From Octopus sinensis (Eukaryota): a stretch of DNA of 64,000 bases. Positions 38,367 to 51,165 of this stretch are shown here, piece by piece. Location: NCBI RefSeq assembly GCF_006345805.1, contig NC_042998.1, forward strand, positions 46,438,001 to 46,502,000. The letters are read 5' to 3'. Made by a program: the position numbers and the translations under genes. The notes under the pieces were generated by a model. That model was given only the letters and a program-made list of their open reading frames with translations, searched no databases and was not told where the DNA came from. Numbering within the stretch: the first letter of the stretch is position 1; each line of letters opens with the position of its first letter.

Positions 38367-38540
38367 CCATTTCCAGTGACTTCGAGAGCCACCTCCCAGT
38401 GGTGTCGGGCGTCAACGAAGAGGCCTCGACTACAACAAGACGACCAAAGTTTTTTCTTTTTCCAAGGTCTGGGGTCTAGACCATCACCTAATCACCCTTA
38501 CCCGTCTTGTTGCTTAACAACAACAACAACAACAACATAA
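38367..38540 (+). mobile_element. Unclassified short retroposon-like repeat with (CAA)n tail
   Basis: Near-identical inverted copy at 53822-53998. Confidence 0.7.
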
Positions 38541-38848
38541 CCACCGTCACAACTATCGCTGCAATCTTATAAGCCACACACCTAAATCCCAAGCGCCGAG
38601 ATCATTTAATAGCTCTGGTACTGAAATTGTAGAGCAACGTGATGTAAATCTCCGTTCGACCGATGAGGTGTGATTCCTTAGTCACAGTTTGTTGTATACA
38701 GTTTGGTTCTTTTTTTCAGTCTGGTACTTAGCCTATTGTTCTCTTTTACAGAACTGTTAAGTTATAGGGAGTTAAACGAACACACACCGGTTGTCAAGTG
38801 GTGGTGGTGGTGAGTAAACACAAACATAAAGGCACAAACACATTGACA

Positions 38849-38937
<89 letters not shown>

Positions 38938-38986
38938 GTGTGCCTGTTTGTGTTTCTGTGTGTGTGTGTGTGTGTCTGTCGGTTTT

Positions 38987-39042
<56 letters not shown>

Positions 39043-39367
39043 AAGAAAGAGAAAGAGAGAGAGAAAGGAAGAGATAGATAGATAAATAGATTGATAGATA
39101 GATGCATAAATGTATATGAATATATGATAATATAAATAATATATATTCTGTTGTGTCTGGGGAGAGTCATTCTCTTTTAGTGCCTTATTATTTAAATAAT
39201 AAGTCACTAAAAGAGAATGACTCTCCCCAGACAGAATATGCTTCAACACACGAACTCATACAAAGAATCTTGCGAACCAAATCCCAAAACGAAAAAATAA
39301 TATAAAAATATATGCATACATACATACATACATACATACATACATACATACATACATACATGTACAT

Positions 39368-40198
39368 ACCTAAGGAGCATTCCAGAAGTTTTGAGACGTT
39401 TTCAGGGGAGGCTTTCATTAATTTCAAAGAAGTATAAGACTCCTGTCTCCTTCAAAGTAGGATCCTTTGACTTCAATGCACTTGTTGCAGCGCTCTGGCT
39501 ACTTTGTGTAGACCCCCATGGAAGTCCCCCGAAATGAAATGTCTAAGACTCTTGTCACAGCCTCCTTCATCTCCTTCAGCTTGGTGAACAACCATAAGCC
39601 ACAGTGAGCAAGGTCTGATCTGTAGAGAAGATGAGGGGCAGTTTTGATGTCCATCTCTGTCAAGTAGTTGGCTACCAGGATGGAATTGTAGGCTGGTGCA
39701 TTGTCCTGGTAAAGGTGTTCTGGCCTTTTGCAATGAAATCTTTTCCGAGAGTCCCTCAAACCCTCCACAAAGTATTATTTGTTGACTGTCTGGACAGAAG
39801 GAACCCAGTGGATGTAAATGATGCCCTGCAGTCAAAAAAGAGGAGCATCATTAGCTTCCTGGTGAACTTGCTTCGCCTGGCTTCGTGTACCAGCGAAAAA
39901 CAGGTGTTCGGGTCTTACAAGTTACTCCATAAGCAGCGTGGAGCATTTCATAAGTTTCTATAACGTTTTTCCCCCACCCGCCCAGTTTAACACATAGCTT
40001 TATTGCATGGCGAGCTTCCTAACATCCTGCATTCTGAAAACTAGTCAGCTGTGAATATCATTGTTTACTAGGGTGCGTTCAATGTTAGCAAGTCAGTTTA
40101 TTAGATATATAGTAACGATACACTAGAATTACAATAATTTAGGGCACTTATAACTGCATCGCCTAAAACTACGTCAAAGGTTTTGGAATGCACCTCGC
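39368..40198 (-). mobile_element. Decayed mariner element
   Basis: YQDNAPAY..PHLLYRSDLAHCGLWLFTKLK (DNA..H, PYSPDLAP homologues); degenerate TIRs at the ends. Confidence 0.8.
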
Positions 40199-41549
40199 CT
40201 ATCCGTCTTCGAAATCTACTTACAAGGTATTGGTTGACTCGGGGCTATAGTCGTAGACACTTACCCAAGGTGCCACGCAGTAAGACTGAACCCGGAACCA
40301 TGTGGCTGGGAAGCAAACTTCTTACCATACTGCCACATATTTACCGTAAGTATTAACCATTCGGAGAACAATGAACTGGCAGAATCGGTACCGCGCCGGA
40401 TAAATTGCGTAGCGGCATTTCTTCTGGCTTTACTTCCTGAGTTCAAATGACACCGAGGTCAATTTTGCCTTTCGTACTTTCGTGGTCGATAAGATAAGTA
40501 CCAATTAAGTATTGGAGTCGATGTAATTGACTTGTCCTCCTGTTTATCATGATTTCAAATTCTGGCTCAAGGGGAGAGGGGTAAGTCGATTAGATCGACC
40601 CCAGTGTTTAACTAGTACTTATTTTATCGACACCGAAATTATGAAAAGTAAAGTTGGCCTCGATGGAATTTGAACTCTGCTCGTACAGACAGACGAAACG
40701 CCGCTTAGCATTCAGCCCGTCATGCTAACGATTATTCCAGCTCGCCGCCTTCCTCCTGCCTATAATAGAAATAAAGAATTATTAACTATCCGGGTAAATT
40801 TAGTAAATAAATGAAATAAGTTCTTGAGTGGTGATGTACGTTTTGATGTTTCGAACCGGACCCTTCACTAAAGAAAATAAGCAGAGTTTTCTGTCTGTTT
40901 TGAAAATCATTATTAGTTTTTATCAATATTATCTTTGATAAAATCATAGGAGACACAATTTCTCCGATAAATCACTCTTTTCAGGTTTGCTGTCATTTAG
41001 TTAAAACTCAATAATGAGATATTTTACAGAATTTAATTTTTGATTATGTTGTGTGTGTGTGTGCGTGTGTGCGTATGTGTGCGTGTGCGTGCGTGTGTGT
41101 TTGTGTATATATATATATATATATATAAACACATATATATATGCATACATGTACATATATATATGTATTATATATATATATATATATATATACATATTAT
41201 AGGTAGGTTACTGATCCAATAGCCGCCATCAGCAAAATAATTGCCCGGCATTATCTTCAGTAGCCGAGAGACTTAGACTTATACAAAAAAAAAACAAAAA
41301 AAAACAAAAAAAAACAAAAACAGAATACTTTTGTGGCCTAGGTCATTTGCATGATTTAAGCAAAAATGAGCTAAGAAAAATAACTCACTGTGGCCAATGG
41401 TATGTATTTGAACAACATAGACAAATACGGCGTCTTCAACGGGAGAGCCCATCATATTTATATATGAAAAAATGCAGGAGAATTTATTTTGGGGTTTAAA
41501 AATGCATCTGAATCTCAAAACGTGTTGTCGCTTTTAAATTATGTAACAG

Positions 41550-41609
41550 ATTTATTCAAATACCAAACCGGTTTCGACAATTTTTTGCTTATCAACGGTA
41601 CAAATAAAT
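41550..41609 (-). ncRNA. Type I hammerhead ribozyme, U3-A8 variant
   Basis: AUUUAUUU-G-UACCG UUGAUAA G-CAA-AAAA-UUG-U-C GAAA CCGG UU^ UGGUA-UUU-GAAUAAAU; 5+8 bp stem I with internal loop. Confidence 0.7.
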
Positions 41610-42489
41610 AAATAAAGGGTTTAAGAGAGTTTAAAGTTATAAGGGAAAAATCGGAAAAACGTGTTTGAACGATCAAATCACAGAAATTTCAATGAGTTTC
41701 CTAGGGATAGATAGTAATATATGTGTAAATGTTCGGTGAAGATTATGAAAAAATGTACGTTATTGAAAGTTGAGTCATATTGAGTTTTTATAAAAACGCA
41801 GGGAAGAAAAAGAAAAAAAGATGAAGAGAAAGAAAAAGGTTCTTTTTACAATTTCTGTCGAGGTGCGTGTAGTTATTTTCTCAATTTTAGTCGAAGCATC
41901 CGGGTCTATTCACCTTATTAAGATTTTAGAGTTCGAAATGGCATAAGTCCAAATATTTTAGTATTCTTTTATTCTATTACTTGTTTCAGTCATTTGACTA
42001 CGGCCATGCTGGATCACCGCGTTTGGTCGAACAAATCGACCCCAGGACTTATTCTTTGTAAGCCTCGTACTTATTCTATCAGTCACTTTTGCCGAACCGC
42101 TAAGTTACCGGGACGTAAACACACCAACATCGGTTGTCAAGCGATGGTGGGAACAAACACACACACGCAAATATATATATATACGACTGGCATCTTTCAG
42201 TTTCCGTCTACCAAATCCACTCATAAGGCTTTGGTCGGCCCGAGACTACAGTAGAAGACACTTTCCCAAGGTGCCACGCAGTGGGACTGAACACAGAACC
42301 ATGTGGTTGGGAAGCAAGCTTCTTACCACACAGCCACTCCTGCGCCTGATATACATGTTTTTATGGTAAAGGATCTAGTTTTGATCAGTTACAATTTTGA
42401 TGACGTCTTTTTGTTTTTCTTGACCAAAACATCCACGAGAAAAACAACAAAAAAATAAACGTCATCAAAATTGCCATTACTGACCTTGA

Positions 42490-44724
42490 AATTGGGTTTC
42501 AAAGTTTCGTTCCGGAGATTTATCATTGAGGATGCTCATCAGATTTCGATCAAGGTGCTTTACGAGAATTAGTGGATTCAGTCCTTGTAAAAGTGGTCGG
42601 GAATTAGTAATTGACTTCAATACATATCAATCCACCATCTGCTGCTACTAGGAAAAGATAGGAAAAGTCAGTAAGCTGGGTATTTGGGTTCCCCATACTA
42701 TTGGGGAAAAGGATAGGAAATATCGCAAGTCCATAACGACAAGGCAGAGAAATGATCTATTTCTCAATAATATCATTACAGGTGATAAAAAATGGGTCTT
42801 TTATGATATTGTTCAACGCAAAAGTCAGTAGTTTGACAAGAATCTTCACAACCTACCTCAAAAGCTGAGCTTCATGGAAAGAAAGTTATGCTGTGTGTAA
42901 AATAGGATCACCGCGGTACAATTCATTTAGTTTTTAAAATGCAATCAAACACTAAATGCCGACTTATACTCTCAGCAGCTGTAATGTGTGCATGAAAATC
43001 TTTTAAGAAAACGCCTTGCACTCGTCAATAGGAGAAACGTTGTACTTCTCCATGGATTTCTTTATTAGCCACGCAGGGCCGAACACAGAGGGGGCAATAC
43101 GATATAGAATTTTTCCTTTTCGAAATCGATCAAAAAGGAAAGAAAAACTCTCTTTTTTTGGACGTGTAAACAGGGAAATAACACAAAAGTTGTTGTTAAC
43201 AATAAGAGTTCCCAAAAGGAGGAGAAAATGTAATATTAACTAGGTTTATCTGTGGAAAGAAAAATCTACGGGAACTAAAAAGAAAGACATGAGAGCAAGG
43301 CACTCTTTCTCTCTTTGTTTTATAGGATCATGCTCAAGGTGGTTCCGTTATTTATTCGTACCATCCTTGCCATATTCACCCACCTTTTGTTGAACCTTTA
43401 ATTAGACAAAACGTCTCTCTCTATTCTCACCTTCCTCTTCAAGTGATACTTGACGAAGTTCATGAGAGGTTGGCCAGAGAGGAAAGTGTTTGTCTCTAAA
43501 CCTTTCGTACGAGTCCACCACACACATTCTTTCATCATAGCCAACAGTACAATGAAAACTGCCTTGCCTTTCCAGCTGAAGGAAGATGGTGGGGCAATAT
43601 TCACGTTAGACTCGGCCGACAACCGAATTCGTCCCGCACGTGACAGCAGCCGTTCGACATAAGCCCACAGGTCTGAAATGTTAGGACATTGCACGAGTGC
43701 GTGCAGAACGGTCTTGTCACTTTAACCGCATCTCGGGCAAGTTGGTCCGTGTTTCTTGAACTGTATCTGTAGAGCTTATCCCGAACGGGCAATGCTTTCT
43801 GATAGCACTGCCAGGACAGGGATCTCTGGAAATTGTCCATAGGTTCCGGCCCGAAAGTGGTCCTGAAGAGGTGGGTCAGGTATTCCTCGTTGACGCTCAG
43901 GGTCTCCCCCAAAACGTCCACTAATCCTCTATAGAACACCTTCGGGGAATTGAAGTCGCACAGAGTTGCTCGAGAGCATGGCGACACTCGCGGTGCTATT
44001 CGCCCAGCCCCAGTCTCTGTTTGGTCCACGATTGCAGTTCAGTCAACGAGACGAGCTACGGGAAAGTGCGTCTCACAAACGGTGACAACACCTGTTCCCC
44101 GCCGTCTATGAAACGCTGGAGATGTCCAGTCTCAGTGCATGTTTGCGCATCATTAACTGCGGCATGCCCAGCCCTCCATTTAGCGGATGTTGGCAGCAAA
44201 TGGATCGCTTGACCATTGGAACGCTTCCCTTCCTCAAAATGCAGAAGAGTTTACGCTCCAGTTTTGTGATGATAGGGTCAGGACAAGGCACGTTCAAGAT
44301 TTGTGATGGTAGGGTCGGGACGGTCAGACGGTTTCTCCAAGATAACGCAAGACCACATCCATCTAGTTTCACGCAGGATAAAATATTGGATTTGAATTGG
44401 TTTGTTCGACCCCATCCACCATATTCACCAGACCTTGCACCAACTGATTTACATGTCTTTCGCTCTCTACAAAATGTTCTGGTTGGAAAAGATTTTTCTC
44501 AAGAAGATCAAGTGACAACATATGGGGAAAGTTTCTTCATGTCGAAGCCAGCTGGATTTTGCTCGAGAGGAATAAAAAAGCTACTTGATAAATGGCAAGA
44601 GGTCATTCAAAATAATGACAATTAAACTGACCATTGGAAACAATGGTTTATAAATTTTTTTTCATGAGCAATAATGAAAATAATTCATGAGTAATAATCG
44701 AAAATTATTTATGACTCAGTCCAA
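42490..44724 (+). mobile_element. Decayed mariner element interrupted by a LINE
   Basis: WFQKFRSG.., KLGIWVPH, IITGDKKW, NADLYSQQL..VVLLH | DNARPH..HPPYSPDLAPTD.H.FRSLQN; 3' TIR-like aattatttatgactcagtccaa|TA. Confidence 0.9.
43055..44332 (-). mobile_element. 5'-truncated L1/Tx1-like LINE nested in the mariner
   Basis: Minus-strand HPLNGGLGMP, LSWQCY..ALPVRDKL, H..VQC zinc-knuckle remnant, RKVRIER; AATAAA (43061-43066, minus); TSD ttctccaWg. Confidence 0.8.
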
Positions 44725-44741
44725 TATATTTATTTATTATA

Positions 44742-44860
44742 GGCTTACAGCTGTTTCAGATATGCGTTTGGGTGCGTTCATGATTCAGTCTTATCAATCG
44801 ATCGATTGACTAATTGAAAATATAGGATGTCACAAGTCCAAAGCTATCTGCTTCAAAGCC
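44742..44860 (-). ncRNA. Hammerhead-like fold with atypical core UUGAAGC
   Basis: GGCU UUGAAGC AGAUA-GC..long loop..GC-A-UAUCU GAAA CAGCUG UA^ AGCC. Confidence 0.45.
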
Positions 44861-45289
44861 AAAACAAACCATCTGTCAAAGAAAAAGAAGAAAAGAAAGA
44901 AAGAAGGAATTTGGTCAATGTGTCATTTTGACCAAAATCCTTCCTTCCAGATGCAAAAATTGTTCGACAAAACCCCTGAATGCGATGCACCAACATGACA
45001 GCAGTCCAATGACTGAAGCAAAAAAAAAAAAAAAAAAAAGAAAGAGAGATATCTTAGGCCCGCATGTGAATCAAAATGGCTCTAGGTGCAACCATTCTCA
45101 CTCTTCTGCTTCGATCGCTCGATTCTTTAGAAAAGCATCATCATCACACCATTAAAGAACTTCTGTGAGACCTTGTTGCTCTGTAAGAAATAAATGGTTC
45201 GTTTTCGTTCTTTTGGTTCATATTCTTTTTATTTTCTTGACTTATATTTTGTCATTGTTTTATTTCTCTTTCTGTCTGGTGGGCCGTAT

Positions 45290-45367
45290 GACTATGTATG
45301 TATGTATGTATGTATGTATGTATGTATGTATGTATGTATGTATGTATGTATGTATGCATATTTGTAC

Positions 45368-45402
<35 letters not shown>

Positions 45403-45420
45403 TGTATGTATGTATGCATG

Positions 45421-45463
<43 letters not shown>

Positions 45464-45494
45464 ATATCTATCTATCTATCTACCTACCTGTCTA

Positions 45495-45568
<74 letters not shown>

Positions 45569-45582
45569 AACCTACCTGTCCA

Positions 45583-45679
<97 letters not shown>

Positions 45680-45700
45680 TTGCCTATCTGTCTTTCTGTC
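45290..45700. repeat. Compound (TATG)n/(TATC)n/(TGTC)n microsatellite, exemplar of many
   Basis: Similar (TA)n, (CA)n, (TACA)n, (GA)n and (AAT)n tracts at 4630-4800, 10211-10302, 23000-23220, 23660-23850, 30440-31060, 33895-34280, 46088-46170, 54595-54720, 56210-56420, 58327-58690, 59450-59900, 63140-63870. Confidence 0.95.
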
Positions 45701-46087
45701 TGTTTACCTTTCCGTCTTTTTCTGTCCGCCCGTCTGTCCCTCTGTTCGTCTGTCTGCCTGTCTTTTTTTTTTCTTACCTGCCTGTCTGTTTGCCTGATCG
45801 TCTGTCTTGTTCATTTATCCTCTCATCTGTCCTTTTGTTAAGTCTGCACGTATTCGATAGCTTTTGGGCGTATACTCTTTTTTTTTTCAATTTGAAATTT
45901 GACGACATAAATGGCCTCTTCAGACAGAAAAAGAAAGAAGAGAGAGAGAGAGAGACAGAGAGAAAATGAGAGTAAGAATGAGAGACTGAGAAAGAGTGAG
46001 GAGGAAGGAGAATGAAGGAGAAATACAAATTCTCTTTAGATGAATGGAGTGAGAAGAGAATAACAATAAGAATCAGAATGAAAATGA

Positions 46088-46159
<72 letters not shown>

Positions 46160-46575
46160 TAATAAAATAATAAGAAGAACAAGAACAAGAATAAGTCTAT
46201 AATTTGTCCCTTCTAATCCGACAAAACACTTGTTAGAAACTCTAAGACATTCTTTCGCTACGAAAGATTTGCGTACGTACGTGCATGCGCAACACAGTCG
46301 CACACATACTCATACAAGCGTACGAACATGCATACGCGCATGCGCATAGAGAGCACGACATATATGCGTACACACACTCTTACATTCTCACATGCATTAA
46401 CACGTTCATATTCCTACATACACGAGCGTGTACTTGTGTATGTATGTATGTATGTATGTATGTATGTATGTATGTATGTATGTATGTATTTGTTAATCGA
46501 AGTGTATGTATGCATACACACACACACGCGCTCGCACACACATACACACGCGTATAAATATGTATTCGCCCCTCC

Positions 46576-46617
<42 letters not shown>

Positions 46618-46774
46618 TGTGTGTGTGTATATGTATATAATGTTATGTAATGTTGTATAATGTTATATATAATGTTATATATATATATCATATATTTCTC
46701 TCTCTGTCTCTGTCAGTCTGTCTGTTTCTCTCTCTGTCTCTCTCAGTCTGTCTGTTTCTCTCTCTCTCTCTCTA

Positions 46775-46863
<89 letters not shown>

Positions 46864-46937
46864 GTATCTATCTGTCTGTCTGTCTAACTATCTAGCTATC
46901 TACCTGTATGTGGTGTTGTGTATATATATATATATAT

Positions 46938-46972
<35 letters not shown>

Positions 46973-47541
46973 ACACACACACACACATATATACACAAAC
47001 ACATATTTACGTGCAATCACGACGCGCACGCATACACAGACTCACACACATATCCATACATACACACATACACATACGCACATACATATTATAATCACTT
47101 CTTGAAATGCTCACTGCTTGTGCTGAAGTGGTGGGTGTTAGGTTTGGTGGGATAGGGCAATGAAAGGGCAAGAGATGAATGGATTCAACAGACGAGTAGG
47201 ACAGCCCAACTCTTGCCTTCTTTTTTCTTTCACAAACTATACAATATGTTCATGTGTTCGCTCCTTGTTAAAACTACGAGAACACAAAACCAAGTTAAAG
47301 CTCACGCAGCGCTGACCTCTTGCTTGTAAGTGAAACCAATAGTTTAATAAAGTTTATTCATTACACGAAACCTCTCGGAATAGAGAATATTTGTTTACTT
47401 TAGCGTCGTATTCGTTCACATTTTTGTGATATGTGTTCGAATTTTGATGAATGACTACTGCTTTCTTTTATTTTCAAGAATGTCATTTGGAAATTATCTG
47501 GAAACGTTTCCTGCATGTATATATATATATATACATACATA

Positions 47542-47607
<66 letters not shown>

Positions 47608-47671
47608 GCATATTTATGTATATATATTATTTACTATTTATTATTTATTGAACACGACGCATCCATTTTAA

Positions 47672-47719
<48 letters not shown>

Positions 47720-47734
47720 ACAAAATAATAAATA

Positions 47735-49180
47735 AAACTGAACTACCATCCGATCTCACTCACCTCTCATATCATCAAGGTATTTGAGAGGGTGGTGAGA
47801 TCTCGAATAACCCAATTTCTGGAAAGCAACAGACGGCTGATCTCTAACCAACATGGGTTCCGTAATGGAAGGGACTGCCTAACGCAGCTCCTGCATCACT
47901 TTGATGACATTTTGAGAGCTTTGGGAGAAGGCTCCAACACCGATGTCATCTACCTTGATTTCAGCAAGGCCTTCGACAGGGTGATCACAAGATCCTATTG
48001 AAAAAACTATCCAACATTGGTGTCTCTGGAAAGTACTGAAATGGATCAAGTGTTTCCTGACAGACAGATCTCAACATGTTGTAGTTTGAAGGGGTAAAAT
48101 CAAGCCCAGCCAAAGTCAGTAGTGGCGTTCCGCAAGGCACTGTGCTGGGCCCACTTCTTTTCATCATCTACATTAATGACATTAATGACATCATCAAGCA
48201 CAGCAACATAAAAATCTTTGCAGATGATTCCAAGCTACAGAAGGTCAAAATGAGGCGAGTGACCGGACATGCCTTCAGTCAGATCTACTGGCTGTTATCC
48301 AATGGGCAGAAAAAAACAATATGCTGCTGAATGAGGATAAATTGAGTAATCCACTTTGGAAAGAGGATGCCCTGAAACTCCATACTCCCTTCCTTCAGGT
48401 GAAACTCTCGTGGCATCCAACAACATCAGAGACTTGGGAGTAATTGTGGACAACAACATAAGTGGGCCACTCATATAAACACAAAGTTGACATGGCCCGC
48501 AGAATGTGTTCCTGGATTCTCAGAACTTTCCAGTCGAGAGATATCCATACCATTATCCTTCTCTTCTCCACTTTTGCCGACTCACCTTGAATACTGTTGT
48601 CCACTGTGGTCTCCCCACACAAAACAAAGTATCATAAAAGTTGAAGCACCTCAAAGGGCAATCACAAAAAAGATAGATGGCATGACAGGCCTCGACTATT
48701 GGGGTCGACTAGAAAGCTAAAAACTTATTCTCTCCAACGTCGCCGTGAGCGCTACATCATCTGCATGATGTGGAAAATATTCCATCAGCATTGCCCAAAT
48801 GATGTTGGCATCACTTTAAGGTACATCCAAGGCTGGGCCCGTGCCATCCGCCCAAAACAAAAATCGCACTCTCATCTCATAACAACAATACGGCACAATT
48901 ATTTCACCTCAGTTGGCCCCGCTCTCTTTAACATTACACCAAAACACATTTAAAAACAGAAACAGACCCTAGGGTTCAAGAAGTCTTTGGACAGATTCCT
49001 TCAAGAAATCCCGGATAAACCCCCTACACCCGGATATGTCTCTGTAAACAAATAACTCTCTAGTTGAGTGGGCCATAGTGCCCAAATTCTGACTTGAAAG
49101 ACTTCACCAGGTGGTGCTATTAAGTTAGACATGGCCTGGGCCAATAATGGCCGAAACCTATCAAAGTATCAAAGTATCAA
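47735..49180 (+). mobile_element. CR1-group LINE reverse transcriptase remnant, frameshifted
   Basis: QHGFRNGRDC, VIYLDFSKAFDRV, SGVPQGTVLGPLLFIIYIND, IFADDSKL, HLEYCCPLWSP; (ATCAAAGT)n 3' tail. Confidence 0.95.
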
Positions 49181-49551
49181 AGTAAATCATGCATATATAC
49201 ATACATATATGTACGTACCTACATCTATATGTATATGTACATGCATATATGGGTACAGGACACCACAAAAAAACGTCGAACACAATGAGAAACGAAAACA
49301 TAAAAACCGAACCATGGAAACGGACATTTTTTTAAACAACGAAAAAACAGGGTACAAGACATACAACACAAGGAAAATTCCCCTTCTTCAGCCGCCTCCG
49401 TTTCGTCTACTCCGTGTTTCGAATATATATGTATGTGTATATATATATATATATACAACACACATGTATGTATGTAAATATGTATATTAGATATGTTATA
49501 TATATATGTTATAATATATATATATATATATTATTATATATATAATATATA

Positions 49552-49591
<40 letters not shown>

Positions 49592-49742
49592 ATAGTTATC
49601 GCCATACTAATATGGCAGTCTTATAAAAATAAAAAAAGCTGTCCGCTTATTAGCTCCATGAGGCCATCGCCTTAAGTTAGCTATTTGATACACAAACTGT
49701 ATCCATATAACCTTCGAACAAGGGAGGTCAGTCGCTCCACAC

Positions 49743-49812
49743 TACTTGACCGGCAGCTACAGACGCGTTTTTGGGGTATTGCCCCTTTTCAATGCAGCGT
49801 AGCCAGCCAGTA
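49743..49812 (-). ncRNA. Hammerhead (U3-A8), array unit 1; GAAA replaced by AAAAA
   Basis: GGCUGGC-UAC-GCUGCA UUGAAAA GGGG-CAAUA-CCCC AAAAA CGCG UC^ UGUAGC-U-GCCGGUC. Confidence 0.7.
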
Positions 49813-50100
49813 GGTGTCGCTTCCGACAATCTCTGTTCGATGGTTTTATTTACCTAGTGTCGGTGGACATACATCACTTGTTTTCAATAATAGAATATTA
49901 AAATAACTAAGTCTCTCTAAAAGAGAACAGCGGCAGCGTTCCGGAAAATAATAGTTATCGCCATACTAATATGCATTCTTATAAAAATAAGAAAAAAGCT
50001 GTCCGCTTATTAGCTCATGAGGCCATCGCCTTAAGTTAGCTATTGATACAAAACTGTATCCATATAACCTTCGAACAAGGGAGGTCAGTCGCTCCACCAC

Positions 50101-50171
50101 TACTTGACCGGCAGCTACAGACGCGTTTCGGGGTGTATTGCCCCTTTTCAATGCAGCGTAGCCAGCCAGTA
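50101..50171 (-). ncRNA. Hammerhead (U3-A8), array unit 2, intact core
   Basis: UACU-GGCUGGC-UAC-GCUGCA UUGAAAA GGGG-CAAUACA-CCCC GAAA CGCG UC^ UGUAGC-U-GCCGGUC-A-AGUA; cleavage predicted between 50120 and 50119. Confidence 0.85.
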
Positions 50172-50502
50172 GGTGTCGCTTCCGACAATCTCTGTTCGAT
50201 GGTTTTATTTACCTAGTGTCGGTGGAATACATCCACTTGTTTTCAATAATAGAAATATTAAAATAACTAAGTCTCTCTAAAAGAGAACAGCGGCAGCGTT
50301 CCCGGAAAATAATAGTTATCGCCATACTAATATGGCATTCTTATAAAAATAAGAAAAAAGCTGTCCGCTTATTAGCTCCATGATATATTATATACATATA
50401 TATATACATATATATGTATATAAGTTAATCCAAACAAAAAACACAAAAAAACACACACAACGCGAGGACGTGGAACAAATATAGTATTATGGACGCTCAT
50501 AT

Positions 50503-50534
<32 letters not shown>

Positions 50535-51025
50535 GTAACAAATGAAAGACAGAAGATGGAATATATGCATATATGGGTACAGGACGTCACCAACTGTAAC
50601 AACATGGAGTACGAAAACAAGCGAGATAAAAACGCAAACGACGAGAGAAAATAAAATTGAAAACAGAACGACCCTTCATCACAAAGAACGACTCTTTATC
50701 AGTTGTCGGTTGTCTATCTACTCCTCTTTTCGAGCATTCAACAACATGAATCTTCGAAGGCAGTTGCTTCCATAAATTCCAAAATAAATTTTGGATTTTA
50801 TGGAGGGTCAATGTTGGGAACGAAAACAGGACGGTGGAGACACACAAGAAACCGAACGAAAACAAACTTGGTGGGTCGTTAGACTAGAATGAGGGGAAAA
50901 ATAGTGAACGCTGGAAGAAATATTTTCTTGGAAAGGAGAAAAGATAGAGAGAGAGATACAAGACGTTTAGTACTTAGAACGTCGTGTATACATGAATATA
51001 TTTGTATATTTATATATACATATAC

Positions 51026-51058
<33 letters not shown>

Positions 51059-51131
51059 ATATAATATATATACATACATATATATATATATACAATATAT
51101 ATACATATATATACATACATATATATATATA

Positions 51132-51165
<34 letters not shown>

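Larger units (their letters stand above)
49586..50383 (-). repeat. Tandem array of ~360-bp units (2 full + 1 partial), retrozyme/Penelope pLTR-like
   Basis: Units start at 49586, 49945 and 50306 (aaaataatagttatcgccatact...); near-identical except small indels; bounded by (TA)n on both sides; one HHR per full unit. Confidence 0.9.

Noticed and set aside
49340-49425. Minus-strand CUGAAGA plus hairpin (also at about 18776 and 50696)
   Set aside because: Hairpin is followed by GUG/GAU rather than GAAA and stem I cannot be formed; possibly degenerate pLTR pieces
49586-50383. Indel differences between array units as evidence of age
   Set aside because: Mostly 1-2 nt indels that could be long-read assembly errors; this caveat also applies to the AAAAA core in unit 1
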